In this document: positions 1-11,926 of the stretch, piece by piece
Numbering within the stretch: the first letter of the stretch is position 1
How the letters are laid out: every line of letters begins with the position of its first letter
From: Podarcis liolepis
Taxonomy: Eukaryota
Strand: one strand, 5' to 3'
Assembly: GCA_965112155.1 (NCBI GenBank)
Contig: OZ218101.1
Length of the DNA stretch: 64,000 nt
Notes under the pieces: generated by a model
The model's database searches: none
What the model was told of the DNA's origin: nothing
Seen by the model: the letters and a program-made list of their open reading frames with translations, nothing else
Made by a program: the position numbers and the translations under genes

Positions 1-1722
1 TGGGGATTCCTTTTGAAATCATATAAACCCTGTTTTAAAATACAGCAATGAGATACAGCAATTGATAGCTGCCTTTTGGGCTCTGATAATTCACCACAGG
101 TCTGGATACTGGAGGTACGGAAGAGTGATTGACAGGCCCAAAGAATTGGATATGTAGCTTACTGCTCCAGAAATGTTCTCCCTCCACTGAAAATAGGCAA
201 CTAAGAAATGGATTCACCAATCCCTATTTGCTGTTCAAAAGATACCTTCATTGGATCCATTAAGAAATCAGTGAGAATGTAAAATAATAATAATATTTTT
301 CGCGTTGAGAATGAAATTCCAATAGCAATTCTTGTCAAAGTTGCTTAGCTGGAGATGAGAAAGTTTCTAATACGTTTTCTTTAACCAAAATAGCAGGAAA
401 CTTATTAAGACATAGCACAACTTGGGTAACAGATTCAGAGAACCTACACAAAGGGTAATTGTTTCCATATTTCCCCTTTCCTATAACTGAAGTGTACACT
501 AGTGTTTCGAACCCTGTAGCAGTACTGAGCATAAAGAGAACTGTGCCATCCTTGGACTAATGGAATTCGAAAGTCTTCCTGTAGGAGCAACTTCCTTTCA
601 TGTTCTATTAGTCTTGCAGCATGTTGGGCTAGCTGGTGTTTTCTAATGTGATTTGAAGGTCACTAATAGGATAAGACGTGTCTGTTCTATGACTATTAGG
701 AATACTAATGCAGAACATTAGTGATATGACATGATGGGAAATTGACAACATTGTACACAATGCTCCTAAGTCTGTACTTCACAGGACTTCCTCTGCAAAG
801 GAAGATTGGAAGGCAGAACAGAAAGACACAACAATTTATTTCCCAGTCCACTACCTTTCATCATCTCTCTCTCTTTTCCCCAAAAGAAAAGATAGCTGAA
901 TAGTCAGTTTTATTACCATCTCCTTTTCTTAATGATTTTCATATGATCCTGAAAAAGCACATTGTAAGACTGCAATGCACAGGAATTAGGAATGTGACAT
1001 TAACAAATGTCTGCTGTTCAATTTTTTATTTTTAAAACTCAGTGGGAATGCCTAATCCCCACTGCCTTTCAATGGCCACTATGGGTTGTATGCAATATAG
1101 CCCTAAGGCAAATGTTATCCTCCATCCCTGTCATCACCATTTGTCCCCTAAATCTGTCCTGGGGTTGCCCACAAACCTTCAGAACATATTAGAGGATAGA
1201 AAGGGAGGAAGAGAGGGAAACTCGTATTGCACTAGTGATAACTGTTGTGCTAGCACAACTATTCAGCTGCATACTGCCCTATGTGATTCAAATTTTAAGG
1301 AGAGTCTTCGTATCAGTGGCACATATTCTTGACCACTTGTACTGAGCCAGTCATCTACAGTGAGTAGGTCTCAATCCTTATGAGCCTGCATGAATATTCC
1401 ACCATACAAGAGTATTACTATCTTCCAAATGATGGGAATAATATCTGAATCGGGCATTAAGCTCTCTGTACGTTCTCTGTCCTGAGTTGTCAGATTTCCA
1501 GAGAGAAAAACAGTATTTCCCCTCTGACTGTTGGAGGAATGCTGCAAAGAGGAAGCATTTTTTAAAAAATAACTTGTATGGCATTTAACACGGAGACTTG
1601 CATTCATAGTTTCACATGTTAAAATTCTGTGGTGTAGTTGATATTTGTAAGCCTATATTTCTATATTTTGATCTGGTGAGAACTATATAGGGCTGCATAC
1701 TGCTGCAGGGAGAATTAGTCTG

Positions 1723-1725
<3 letters not shown>

Positions 1726-1762
<37 letters not shown>
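1726..1762. repeat. (CA)n microsatellite
   Basis: Perfect CA dinucleotide run. Confidence 0.95.
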
Positions 1763-1764
<2 letters not shown>

Positions 1765-2160
1765 TATAATTTGTTGAAAAATGAGGAAGCAAGAGAGACT
1801 GTATTAAATTGTTATGAGAATTTAAAGCTTATTGTTTTGCTGAAATTGCTTTTTCTTTTATGGCAGTTTGAAGTTGAAGAAATCTTTCCCTTGGCTATGA
1901 AGTCAAAGTGGCAACGTGTTCAGCTCATCTTTTCTTAATGCTGAAAAAGAAAAGAAAGGAATGCATTGGTTCATATGTCATAATGATTTTTAAAAATAGC
2001 ATTATTTTGACATCCTTCTGGCTATGAAGCCCATGCTTACAGGCAATGACATTTTTTAAGCATACCAAAGCCCTGTTCAGGTTTTATCATCAAGGTAACA
2101 CATGTGGACAGAGCATAAATAAGGTGTTAGCTTTGCCCCTTGTCATCATTCATCTCCAGT

Positions 2161-3044
2161 GAGAGCCAGTGTGGTGTAGTGGTTAGGAGCGGTAGACTCG
2201 TAATCTGGTGAACCGGGTTCGTGTCTCTGCTCCTCCACATGCAGCTGCTGGATGACCTTGGGCTAGTCACACTTCTTTGAAGTCTCTTGGCCCCACTCAC
2301 CTCACAGAGTGTTTGTTGTGGGGGAGGAAGGGAAAGGAGAATGTTAGCCGCTTTGAGACTCCTTCGGGTAGGTTGGCCAATTGGTGTTAAAGAAGGATAG
2401 AACTTTCTTTATGTATGCCACAACAGCAGCAAGAATACTTATCGCAAAACACTGGAAGACACAAGATTTACCCACTCTGGAAGAATGGCAGATGAAGGTG
2501 ATGGACTATATGGAACTGGTGGAAATTACTGGCAGAATCCGAGACCAGGGAGAAGAGTCGGTGGAAGAAGATTGGAAGAAATTTAAAAACTATTTACAGA
2601 AACACTGCAAAATTAATGAATGTTAGAATGATGTTGGATTGAAGTTAAGTGGTTTTTAGTAGCAATGTTATAAAGGAATATGTAAAAATGGATTGTTAAT
2701 AGGTGATAATTTAAAGTTATAATATATTAAGATGGAAGATTAAGATAAAACCAAAGAGGGAAAGGAATTGCTGAATTAACTAATTGAACTGGAATACAAA
2801 AAAGGGAGGTGTGAGGAGGCCAGGGAAACAAGCAAATGAAAGATAAGATATGGAAAGACTGATTTGTTTTTAACTATTTTTACTTTGCATTTTCATTTTT
2901 GTTTCTTCTTTCTTTTTTTACTTTTCTTTTTTTTTTGCTTATTTTTGTAATATGTCAAAACTTTAATAAATATTTTTTTAAAAAAAAGAGAGACTCCTTC
3001 GGGTAGTGATAAAGCAGGATATCAAATCCAAACTCTTCTTCTTC
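2161..3044 (+). mobile_element. Squam3-type tRNA-derived SINE, split by an L1 insertion (SINE parts 2161-2371 and 3007-3044)
   Basis: tRNA-like head (TGGTGTAGTGGTT...GGTTCGTGTC); body matches copies at 24709 and 36054; tail ATATCAAATCCAAACTCTTCTTCTTC resumes after the insert. Confidence 0.88.
2372..2989 (+). mobile_element. 5'-truncated L1/Tx1-clade LINE (ORF2 C-terminus, 3' UTR, polyA)
   Basis: ORF 2381-2626 (TAARILIAKHWK...LEEWQ...DWKKF) resembles L1 ORF2 C-termini; T-rich UTR, AATAAA and A-tail; exact 17-bp TSD GAGACTCCTTCGGGTAG at 2355-2371 and 2990-3006. Confidence 0.88.
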
Positions 3045-3727
3045 CTTGTTCAAATCATGGAGAGAGCCTCTTGTATTATGATAGCTGCCTATGCAATGTA
3101 GAATCCTGAAGGGAAGTGTGCTCCCCACCTTTCCCCACCCCAAGTGTTTTCTTAGCATGCACTAATAACATCTGAGGAGGGTGATATTGTATACAAAATC
3201 TGGACTACAACAGGGCACAGGTCTATGGACACAGGTCCAACAAGATCAAGACTCTCTCTAGCAGTGGCTTCTAGAAAGCTCGCAAGCAGATGGTCATAAA
3301 GATAGACATTCTGTGGTTCTGTAGCCATGTAGCCAAACAGGTAACCCCTATGCCCAATTTAGAATGTGCCTTTCTGTATTGTATGCTTTTCTCTGTACTT
3401 CTGTTCCTCTGATTCTATTGCTTTTCAGTTAACCAAAGCAGCGTAAGTAAATAGAGCACATAGCACTTGTAGGTCCCCAGTAACAGAGTTTAGGTATGCA
3501 TACCAGTATCAAGGAGAGGCTAGGGCAGAGTCAATTACATGACCAGAGTCAGCTGGAAAGATGAATGAAGAAGACACCCTAATAAGGTTTAGGGAGTTTT
3601 AGGTAGAAAAAAGCTCCAACTATGAGGTGTCCAATTGGAAGGCCATGGGCTATTCATGTGTTGCTGTAACCAATAATATTGCAGAAATAATATGGGCATG
3701 AGGGCAACATGTATTCAGATATAAATA

Positions 3728-3728
<1 letters not shown>

Positions 3729-3775
<47 letters not shown>
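3729..3775. repeat. (GATA)n microsatellite
   Basis: Tetranucleotide run. Confidence 0.95.
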
Positions 3776-3777
3776 TT

Positions 3778-4140
3778 GTGTGGCGAGCCCCCCCCCCCCA
3801 GAAATAAAGACACAAGACACCAGAGTTTAAGGTTAATGGGTCAAATTAGGCCACAACTTTATTGATTACAGGAATTGAGGGGTATTGGCTTAGGCCTTGG
3901 TCCTATCAGCTAACCAGCTTCAGCCCGCTTGGATGAACACCGGCAAGGGTTAACCACCAGTAGGGGGAGTCTTGCTGATGCACGTCAACTGGGAGCTCCC
4001 CCGGGGTCACCCATCGGGGGCATGCCGTAGGCCCACACCTCCATAGGATTAGGATGAGGCCACGCCCCCCTGGAATCCTTTACCGGACTACCCTTCGATT
4101 TGGGGGGAAGGTGATGGCACTTCCTCCCCTCTTTTAATCT
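3778..4140 (-). mobile_element. Partial copy (3' part) of the non-coding DIRS/Ngaro-like family also at 8715 and 19983
   Basis: Shares GGCCACAACTTTATT, GCTTAGGC.TTGG and CCCTGGA.TCCTTTA.CGGA with the 19983-20820 copy, in the same order. Confidence 0.55.
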
Positions 4141-4307
4141 GCATAAAAATACCCCTACCATGGCTTTCTACTGATTAGGGAAAAGCGTATTTTTCAGATG
4201 TTCTGGAACTCAGGGGCAAACATTCTTTGAAGCATGGAAGCTGAAACTCATAGGCACTGAAAGCCTCATTTCCCAAATCTGACCAACTCTTTTCAAAGCT
4301 ATGCCAC

Positions 4308-4349
4308 ACCTCCTCCTCCTCCTCCTCCTCTTCTTCTTCCTCCTCCTCC
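4308..4349. repeat. (CCT)n/(CTT)n trinucleotide repeat
   Basis: Direct observation; source of spurious poly-E and poly-G ORFs. Confidence 0.9.
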
Positions 4350-4597
4350 AGAATATTCAGGTCCACTCCATACATGCCAGTTACATACAAGATACTTCTC
4401 CATTGTGCTGTACCATATGACTGAAGTACATGAACAAAAAGTGCAACCAGTTTGGTGGGGCATGATTGTGTGATTCTTTCTGACCAAATCAGCACCAAAT
4501 CCTACCAACAGGGTGGTTCAGAGGTTTTATGCACACTAGGAAAAGTGGTCAAGGGAGCTTTTGGACTTGAGAGCATCTCACTGGCAACACTTGCCCC

Positions 4598-4813
4598 CAC
4601 TGGCGGAGGAATGGGGCGGGGGGAGTGCACCGCCCCCAGCACCATCGGGGAGGGGGTACCATCGTGGCTGCCCCCCAGGCATGCGCTGCACCCCCCCCCC
4701 CACTGCACCAGGCGCCATGCCCCCAGGACACATGCCATGCCCCCGAGATGCATGCCAGCCACACCCCCACTTGCTCCCTGCCCCCGGTGCTGGAGCACGC
4801 AGCTTCACCACTG
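4598..4813. mobile_element. GC-rich non-autonomous hAT-like MITE
   Basis: Imperfect TIRs CACTGGCGGAG / CTTCACCACTG; internal similarity to 18558-18783; flanks CTTGCCCC / TTTGCCTT are a degenerate 8-bp TSD. Confidence 0.65.
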
Positions 4814-5530
4814 TTTGCCTTAAAAATATGATGGCCTTTCACTAATTTCTATGTCCAGAACTTAACTATTATATGACTCTGGGTAATGTCAGTATACCAC
4901 ATCCCTTGCTGGAGGCATCTGGAGTACCAGATGCTAGGAATCACAGACAGGGAGAATGCTGTTGGACCGATGCTCTCATGCTTCCCATGGGCATATGGTT
5001 GGCCATTTCCTTTTAGTAGCTACTTGATTCATTGTACCACTTCCTCCCCTATAAAGTTTCATACCAATCATCACCATCCCAGGAAAAAAACAACAATATT
5101 GAGCACACAGAAAAACCCTGGTGCCTGCTTTTTTTTCTAATCTAATATATCAGCATTGATGCCATAAATATGCAGTTTGTCATCTTGCATTAAAAATGAA
5201 TGACTTTTACAAATGATAGAATAGTGTGCGTATTTTTTTTCCTAGCAGAAAAGTGAAAGAGATGTGTCTGCAATTTTTACCCCTGCAGACTTAGTCTGCC
5301 CCAGTTGTAATGTAGTTAATATGATTTGCAAGTACAATTTTCTTAAAAGTCCTTGTCAATCATATCTGAAAAAATGCACAGACATGAATATAAGTGCAGT
5401 TTTTGACAGCAGGATTTTAACTGTTTCCAGGAACTAAGTATATACGCCAACAAATTAGTCCAGGGAAATAACTAATCTGTAGCTATGCATGCATCAAATT
5501 ATATCATTTGATATGCATAATTCTCCTCTT

Positions 5531-5706
5531 CTCCCAGGACTTTGGCTAATTAAACAATTTGTGGTCTTTTAAACTGGTATGTGTGTGTGTGTTATTTTTG
5601 TTATTATGGTATGTATTTTTGTGTTTTTATATTGTAAATCGCCCTGTGGTCTTTGGATGAAGGGTAGTATGGAAATTTAATAAATAATAATAGTAATAAT
5701 AATAAA
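5531..5706 (+). mobile_element. Old L2-type LINE 3' end
   Basis: T-rich UTR, TGTAAATCGCCCTG...GAAGGGTAGTAT stem and (TAA)n tail, typical of L2 3' termini. Confidence 0.55.
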
Positions 5707-6134
5707 TTCAAATTATGCTTAACCAATGCACACAACTACCCACACCTTAGATACAGCTATGCATAATCAAAGTTCCTGTCCCTGGAAATTTTAGAGACCT
5801 TTCCACTTAGAGTACCCATGCTTTGATGAAAGACTATAGAACATGCAGTGATTCAGTCACTCTGATTCATTCAGTTATCCTTTTGGACTCAGTCCTAAAG
5901 TACTAATTAAATGGGATTTGGAGGACCGAGTGACCAAATTTGCCTTTAAAGGCTACAATTAGAGCATTATTGTTGGAGTACCACCAAGAATTAGTATTTA
6001 TTTCAAACCAAGGTTATGATTGTTGGCCAAAAATTTCTCTCTGCTAGAAGGGTTTTTGTTATATTTGTTGCTTCATGCTTCATGAGAGCTAATATAAGAA
6101 GAGATGGTCTCCTGAAAGTTGGATCTCTCTCACT

Positions 6135-6537
6135 GGGGTTGGGAATTGATTCAAACTGCATTTAAAGAGCAACCTATGCAACTTGCACTTTTCAGAACAA
6201 TGTGTGATTTGAAACAAAGACATCCTGCAAAATTTGCACTTTTCTGAATTTTGCAAAGCATTTCTCCAGTCAAGTCGTATGTGCAAAAAATGCATATCCT
6301 AGAGCAGTTATGGCCAAACTTGGCCCTCTAGCTGTTTTGGGACAACAACTCCCATCATCCCTAGCTAACAGGAACAGTGGTCAGGGATGATGGGAATTGT
6401 AGTCCCAAAACAGCTGGAGGGCCAAGTTTGGCCATCACTGTCCACAAGGACTTCCTTGCCAATGGATGCAGAAATGTGGAGAACTAAACTTCAGGCTGGA
6501 AAAAAACCTAATTGAAATTGACAGATTTGCCAACCTG
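6135..6537 (+). mobile_element. Old AT-rich interspersed repeat (probable DNA-transposon relic) hosting a MITE; related copies at ~55037-55425 and ~62280-62740
   Basis: Shared blocks such as GAAATTGACAGATTTG, TGCAAAATTTGCACTT and GCA.TT(C)TCCA across the three loci. Confidence 0.5.
6305..6440. mobile_element. ~136-bp palindromic hAT-type MITE
   Basis: Long TIRs CAGTTATGGCCAAACTTGGCCCTCTAGCTGTTTTGGGAC / GTCCCAAAACAGCTGGAGGGCCAAGTTTGGCCATCACTG; same family as 21687-21822. Confidence 0.85.
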
Positions 6538-8059
6538 TACTCTCTGCTATGCAGTATTTACAGAGAAATGATGGAAATGTTTGTAAGCATCAGGAGGCAT
6601 GTGAACAGCATCTGAACTGAAGTGCCAACATGGAATTTAACATGGATGTAGATTCCTCTGTAGAAAGTAGTCTAAGATCTCTCGGCTTTGCTGCCATCTT
6701 AGACTTCCTTCTGGCATTTCTGTCAATGTTTTTGTTTAACCTTCTGTGAAATTGAAGAAACCTCATCATAGCACTGAAAGCAAAGTGAATATTATTTCTA
6801 TAAAGGGGGGGGGGGCTCTTGTTGAAATTCAGCAAATTGAGACTTTAGTAATAACCACTCTTCCTAAATGGAAAAAAGCCTCTTTTGTGGAATGACTTCT
6901 TACCTCTCATATTATAGAGAAAGGCTTTGAGTGGAATGGTTTCATTCTGAGAGGATTTGGGGTTCCTGTGTGATACTTCACTTGATTCATCTTTGCCTAA
7001 CAATTTAAGTGAAGGGCACAGGGACTCTGTATCCACTTCCCTAGCTAAAGACATCCCTGTTCTAACAAAGGAATCAGATAGAAAGACAGCACAGAAGGTA
7101 CACGCTGATTGCTGTAGATTTTCAGAAATGAGAACATTGCTGTACAGTGAGTCATTTGCATGCCCTGAAAACAGGTTGTTCCAAGTGTAAGGGGGGGGGG
7201 GATATCAAGGCAGTTGCTTTTCATCTCCAATATGGAGTAAGGTTTTTTCTTTTTTGCAAAAGCACTCAGTATATTTCTAGCCTCCAAAAGCCAGCTCCCT
7301 TGAATTGGTTATTAAAGGAGTGCTGCTGAGCTCTGTAAACAGATTCATCAGGACTGCTGCAGTGTATGGTGCAGGTGTCAGCAAGTATTAGAGATAACAT
7401 GTGCCAAAATGAGACTTTCTGGCAGTGTGGAAGGTGCCACATTTATACTTGAAAACTGTTTTTAAAGATTTTTTTTTAATAGAAACCCCTAACTTTTCCA
7501 AGCTTTTCTAAATTGACTTGGGGTCTGAATGTGACCACATACGATGTTGTCAAATAAGAAAAAAATAACATCTTTATGCAGATACTACTTGGGGTATAAT
7601 CCTTTGGAAGGATCTCCTGCCTTTATTATGGACACTATGTTCTCACACAGCACCCATTAATTCCAGTGGGCCTTGTGCAGGAACAGTGAATATAGTGTGG
7701 GGGCTAAGACAATAGGCTATGAGAGATTAGCATTTGGGCAAGGTTGTGTTTCTTCTGCTCTCAGTCACTCAACCCTTCCGTATGGGTCCCCCAAAGGTTT
7801 CTTAGTCCCTGGGGTGGAAAAGCAATCTTTCAGAGCATCAGAAGTTAATCCCCATTATCTGCTTTCCACTGCAGATAATGCAATAACCAAGATATACGGC
7901 TTGGTTATCGTTAATCACCACATAATTATCTCTTTCAATGAGCTGTTGACAGGAGACCTCTAGGTCACCATGATTCCCCCCAGGAAGTCCACCAGCATTC
8001 AAATATTGATAAAAGTGCTATGGCTACCAGCACAAAATGGCTGCTAGGGGCAGCAAGAA

Positions 8060-8061
<2 letters not shown>

Positions 8062-8088
<27 letters not shown>
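8062..8088. repeat. (GT)n microsatellite
   Basis: Direct observation. Confidence 0.9.
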
Positions 8089-8090
<2 letters not shown>

Positions 8091-8714
8091 GTTTCCACTG
8101 AAACTTGTATTCTTTATAACTTTGGGATGTTTCCAGTGAAGCGCTTCATAAATGAAATGGATTAAATAATACAGGGGGTAAAATTGCTGGTGAGCCTTAC
8201 ATCAAGCTTTTGTAAAGCTTACAGAAATAGCATATGAAGTTCTCGGAATACTCAGAAGATGCTATGTGAAAGCTAAGTTGCAGTAGTAATTATAAAATAT
8301 TTCTGTGATTTTTAGGCCTTTGGTTTTCAAGCAACTATCACAGTAGTGCTGACAATGGTTATTAGAGACGAGGTTTCTGCTGTTTTTGTAGACCTTTAAA
8401 AACGGGAAAGCAGCGACTTAAAAATATTTCTTTCAAGTCCTCTGTTCTCCTCAAATTAATAAGCATGAGAGTGCTTTGCTTGTAGAACAGTATGTGCTGT
8501 TAGTGTTAAAAAATAAATAAGCAGAAATAAATTCTTCAGTGTTCCTGTTCATATGCATGTTCATAGATACATTGTTCTGTTCCACATAATTAACAGAATT
8601 TGCCATTTAACCAAACATGCAGAAGCTCTTATTAGCCCCAAACAATTTACATGCTTTTCTTCTGACTACTGCTCCAGTAATGAGCCCACAATTCTCATAT
8701 CAGAACTAGAACAA

Positions 8715-9228
8715 CCTGGCACAGTATACGAAATCGTGGCAAGCCCCAGGATTCCTTTAACAAAATTACCTTCAGCGCAATAGGAGGGGCAGGCACAGCC
8801 TATCCTGACCCCTCCACCACCAGCATATTATAAGCAATGCCTAACCTTACAACCTTACAAGTTGTGACGAATTGCTGAGTAGTAGGCAAAAACCAAATGG
8901 CACAGCCAATCACCAAATGGCAAAATTCCTACTAGGCCCCTGCGCCAAGGCAGACGACCCCATGACAGGCAAAGCAAGGTCAACTGGAAAAGAGGGCGGG
9001 CAGGTGGGTGATCTGATGCACTCTGCAAAGAGAAAGAGAAACCAGAGTGCACCAATATTTAAAGACTATGGTCCCACCCACCCAATTTGCAACATACAAT
9101 TTGCCCCAGCAACCCGGTTATCTAATCACAATGCCAGGCAACAACTATTAACCTGCCTGGCAACAAGAGGCCTGGCCCGGTGGCCCACACCGCAACACGT
9201 GCTCTCATTTATTGGAGAACACGCTTTG
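8715..9228 (-). mobile_element. Non-coding DIRS/Ngaro-like family copy (5' part)
   Basis: Colinear with 20310-20820 (e.g. CAACCTTACAAGTTGTGACGA, CCAAGGCAGACGAC, terminal CGCAACACGTGCTCTC...GAGAACACGCTTTG). Family assignment is inference. Confidence 0.6.
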
Positions 9229-10506
9229 CCTACATTTCCTTTGCTCTGTTGAGTCTTCAGAAACCTCATTTGTATTGCTGCATTGGCAAATAGCAGATGG
9301 CCATCAAGTTAGTTTTGCCGTTGCACTCCCACTTTACTATTAGTTTCAGGACACATCTGTAACATCTGGAAAAGAAGATGACAGAGAAGGAACTTGGGAC
9401 TTTGAATATTTTACAAGATGCCACAACCCTGAAGGTATGAGAACTTTGCCGTTTCCGAGAGAGAGAGAGTGAGAGAGAGAGTGAGAGAGAGAGAATTATG
9501 GGGCCCCTTCCTCCAGTTTCAAAGATCCAGGTGACATCTTGGTAATAAATTAAAATGATATTAAAAATAAATGATTTGTGATCTTTAGGCCTCTAGCTGG
9601 AGGTAGTAAAAAAAAAAAGTGTGTTGTGCAGCTGTCTTAATAAACTTCAAACACCTGCCATATGTGCAGATGTCAACACATAAATATCATGAACATTAAT
9701 AATACCTTCAAACAAGAGCAAAGCAACCAAAATAATCAAAGTTATTTTTATAGCACCTTTTCTCTCTGAAAACACCTACTGAGTTATTTTTTTTTGGGGG
9801 GGGGGGACTTTTTTCTATTGCATTTATTCCAGTCTTGGAGGGGGAAAAACCCTGTATGCTGTTAGTTAATTGAGTACAAAAATTGCAATTTACACGTTTC
9901 ATAAACTTTAGAATAAAGAATTTCACTGTAGGCTTCTGGGAAATGGTGGAAAAAATAACTAGTCCAGGGGTGGACTTCAGGCTTCTCAGAACTAGTTTGT
10001 TTATTGATTTAATCAGGACCCCAGGAGCTACCAATGAGAGCCAGATGCAAAAGACATATTGCTAGTGCTCATGGACAGGGTGCCTCTGAGCACATTCTGA
10101 GCCCAAGAAATTGTTTTCAGTACCAGAAATGAGAACAAGGTCATTTCATACCAAAGTCCAGTCCTAGGGCCAGATTCAACTAAATAGCTACACTAGTGGG
10201 AGCCAGTGCACAGAGCTCCCTTAGTGCATTGGGGATTCCCTTAATTCCTGCCCCCTGGTGCCTGCCTTCTAAATCAGCTCCAGGAGGTCTGAAGAACCCA
10301 CAGAAGAAGGGATATAGTTCTACCAGGCGACCGTTAATGCAGTGCTTGTGCTGACAGAGTAATCTTCTTAGCACTACTTTGAATTCAACCCCTACTTAGC
10401 TTTCATTAATATAGGTGGGAAAAGGCATTTCCTTTTTGCTATAGTTAAACAATTGTGAGCCTGAAACCCTTGCTGATCTGCAAATTGCAGATACCGATCT
10501 AGGTAG

Positions 10507-10858
10507 GGACACGGGTGGCGCTGTGGGTTAAACCACAGAGCCTAGGGCTTGCCGATCAGAAAGTTGGCGGTTCAAATCCCCGCGACTGGGTGAGCTCCCG
10601 TTGCTCGGTCCCTGCTCCTGCCAACCTAGCAGTTCGAAAGCCCATCAAACTGCAAGTAGATAAATAGGTATCACTCCAGTGGGAAGGTAAACAGCGTTTC
10701 CGTGCACTGCTCTGGTTCGCCAGAAGCGGCTTAGTCATGCTGGCCACATAACCCAGAAGCTGTACGCTGGCTCCCTCGGCCAGTAATGCAAGATGAGCGC
10801 CACAACCCCAGAGTCAACCACGACTTGACCTAATGGTCAGGGGTCCCTTTATCTTTAC
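10507..10858 (+). mobile_element. Sauria (Squam1) SINE, full length
   Basis: GGGAC.CGGGTGGCGCTGTGGGTTAAACC head, B-box GGTTCAAATCC, ACCTTT-type tail; TSD TACC(G/A)ATCTAGGT at 10492-10504 and 10856-10868. Confidence 0.92.
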
Positions 10859-11588
10859 CAATCTAGGTGCTGCTCACCCCTGGACTAGGCCACCAGTTAT
10901 CCTTCTCCTAGCTGTTCATGCATTTGCTCACATTCACTCATATCTCTCACTCCTTTCTCCTCCTTTCCTTCCTGTACCATTTCTGCCAAAGAGAGGCTAG
11001 GATAAGAGAGTCCTTGACACTGCTAGGCCTACCACTAGGTGATCTGGCTTGGCTGTCCAGTGCAACATCATTTGCTGATTTTTTTTTTTGTTATGTGCAG
11101 CAGTTTTACTCAACTGTCACCTGGAAAGAGATCTCCAACCCCCCCCCCCAGCTTCAGCTTTCTTAGTGCATTTGCTTGGGAAGAGCAGAAGAGCTGATAT
11201 TAACATGAGGGTGAAGAAGAATTTGCAAAGGCAGTCAAGGGATTGAAGACCCAGATCAGAGAACCAGCCTCCCTGCCACCTTGCCCCCCCCCCAATTCCC
11301 AGAAAGCAGCAGAAACCCAGCAGCTAAGAGGTCAGGTAAGCACAACTGCCCCCCTCACAATCCACTACTGCCTAGAAGTAGGGCTACCATACGTTCGGTG
11401 GGAATTTCTGAAAGGTGGTGCTTTGTCCTGTATCTTAGGCAACCCTACTAGAAGGTGAGAAGCTAGCCATATTGGTGGATTCCAAATTCCTACACTTAGT
11501 TAAAGCCATCTTCCTTGATGGGCAGACCTTACAGATAAAAAGCATTACCAGCACAATTAAGGACAGGTGCCATTCTCCTTGTCTTAGC

Positions 11589-11590
<2 letters not shown>

Positions 11591-11639
<49 letters not shown>
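11591..11639. repeat. (CA)n microsatellite
   Basis: Direct observation. Confidence 0.95.
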
Positions 11640-11641
<2 letters not shown>

Positions 11642-11926
11642 AAAACATCTTGGATGAAAAGGTCAAAATCAGGAAGGAATAGACATCAATACTTCATTAA
11701 TTCATTCCCACAGCAAGCAGCAGATAGACAGGGCACAGAGATTTAGCTCAAAACAAAAGCCTCTCTGTTACAGGGGCTTCGCTTTCTTCCCTTGGCTTCT
11801 TTTCCTTATAATTGTGGAACACTCACTCCTTGAGGCTGCAGCACAGAGGAGCAACACTCTCCTAATTATTGCTGGACAAACATTATTTAGCCCTTCTTGG
11901 GCCACTATGGTTGTACTTCTGCTTGC

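Noticed and set aside
2161-2235. tRNA-like sequences (also at 10507, 24709, ~36230-36300, ~42230-42300)
   Set aside because: They are SINE heads continuing into SINE bodies, not tRNA genes.
4175-4845. Overlapping ORFs with poly-E, poly-G and Pro/Gly-rich translations
   Set aside because: Explained by a trinucleotide repeat and a GC-rich MITE that lacks stops; no protein similarity.
6590-7190. Short ORFs that could be host exons
   Set aside because: No recognisable domain and no convincing splice-site pair.
10247-10263. CTCF-like motif (GCACCAGGGGGCAG, minus strand); similar at ~3957 and ~50977
   Set aside because: Mismatches at core positions, located in repeats, and expected by chance.
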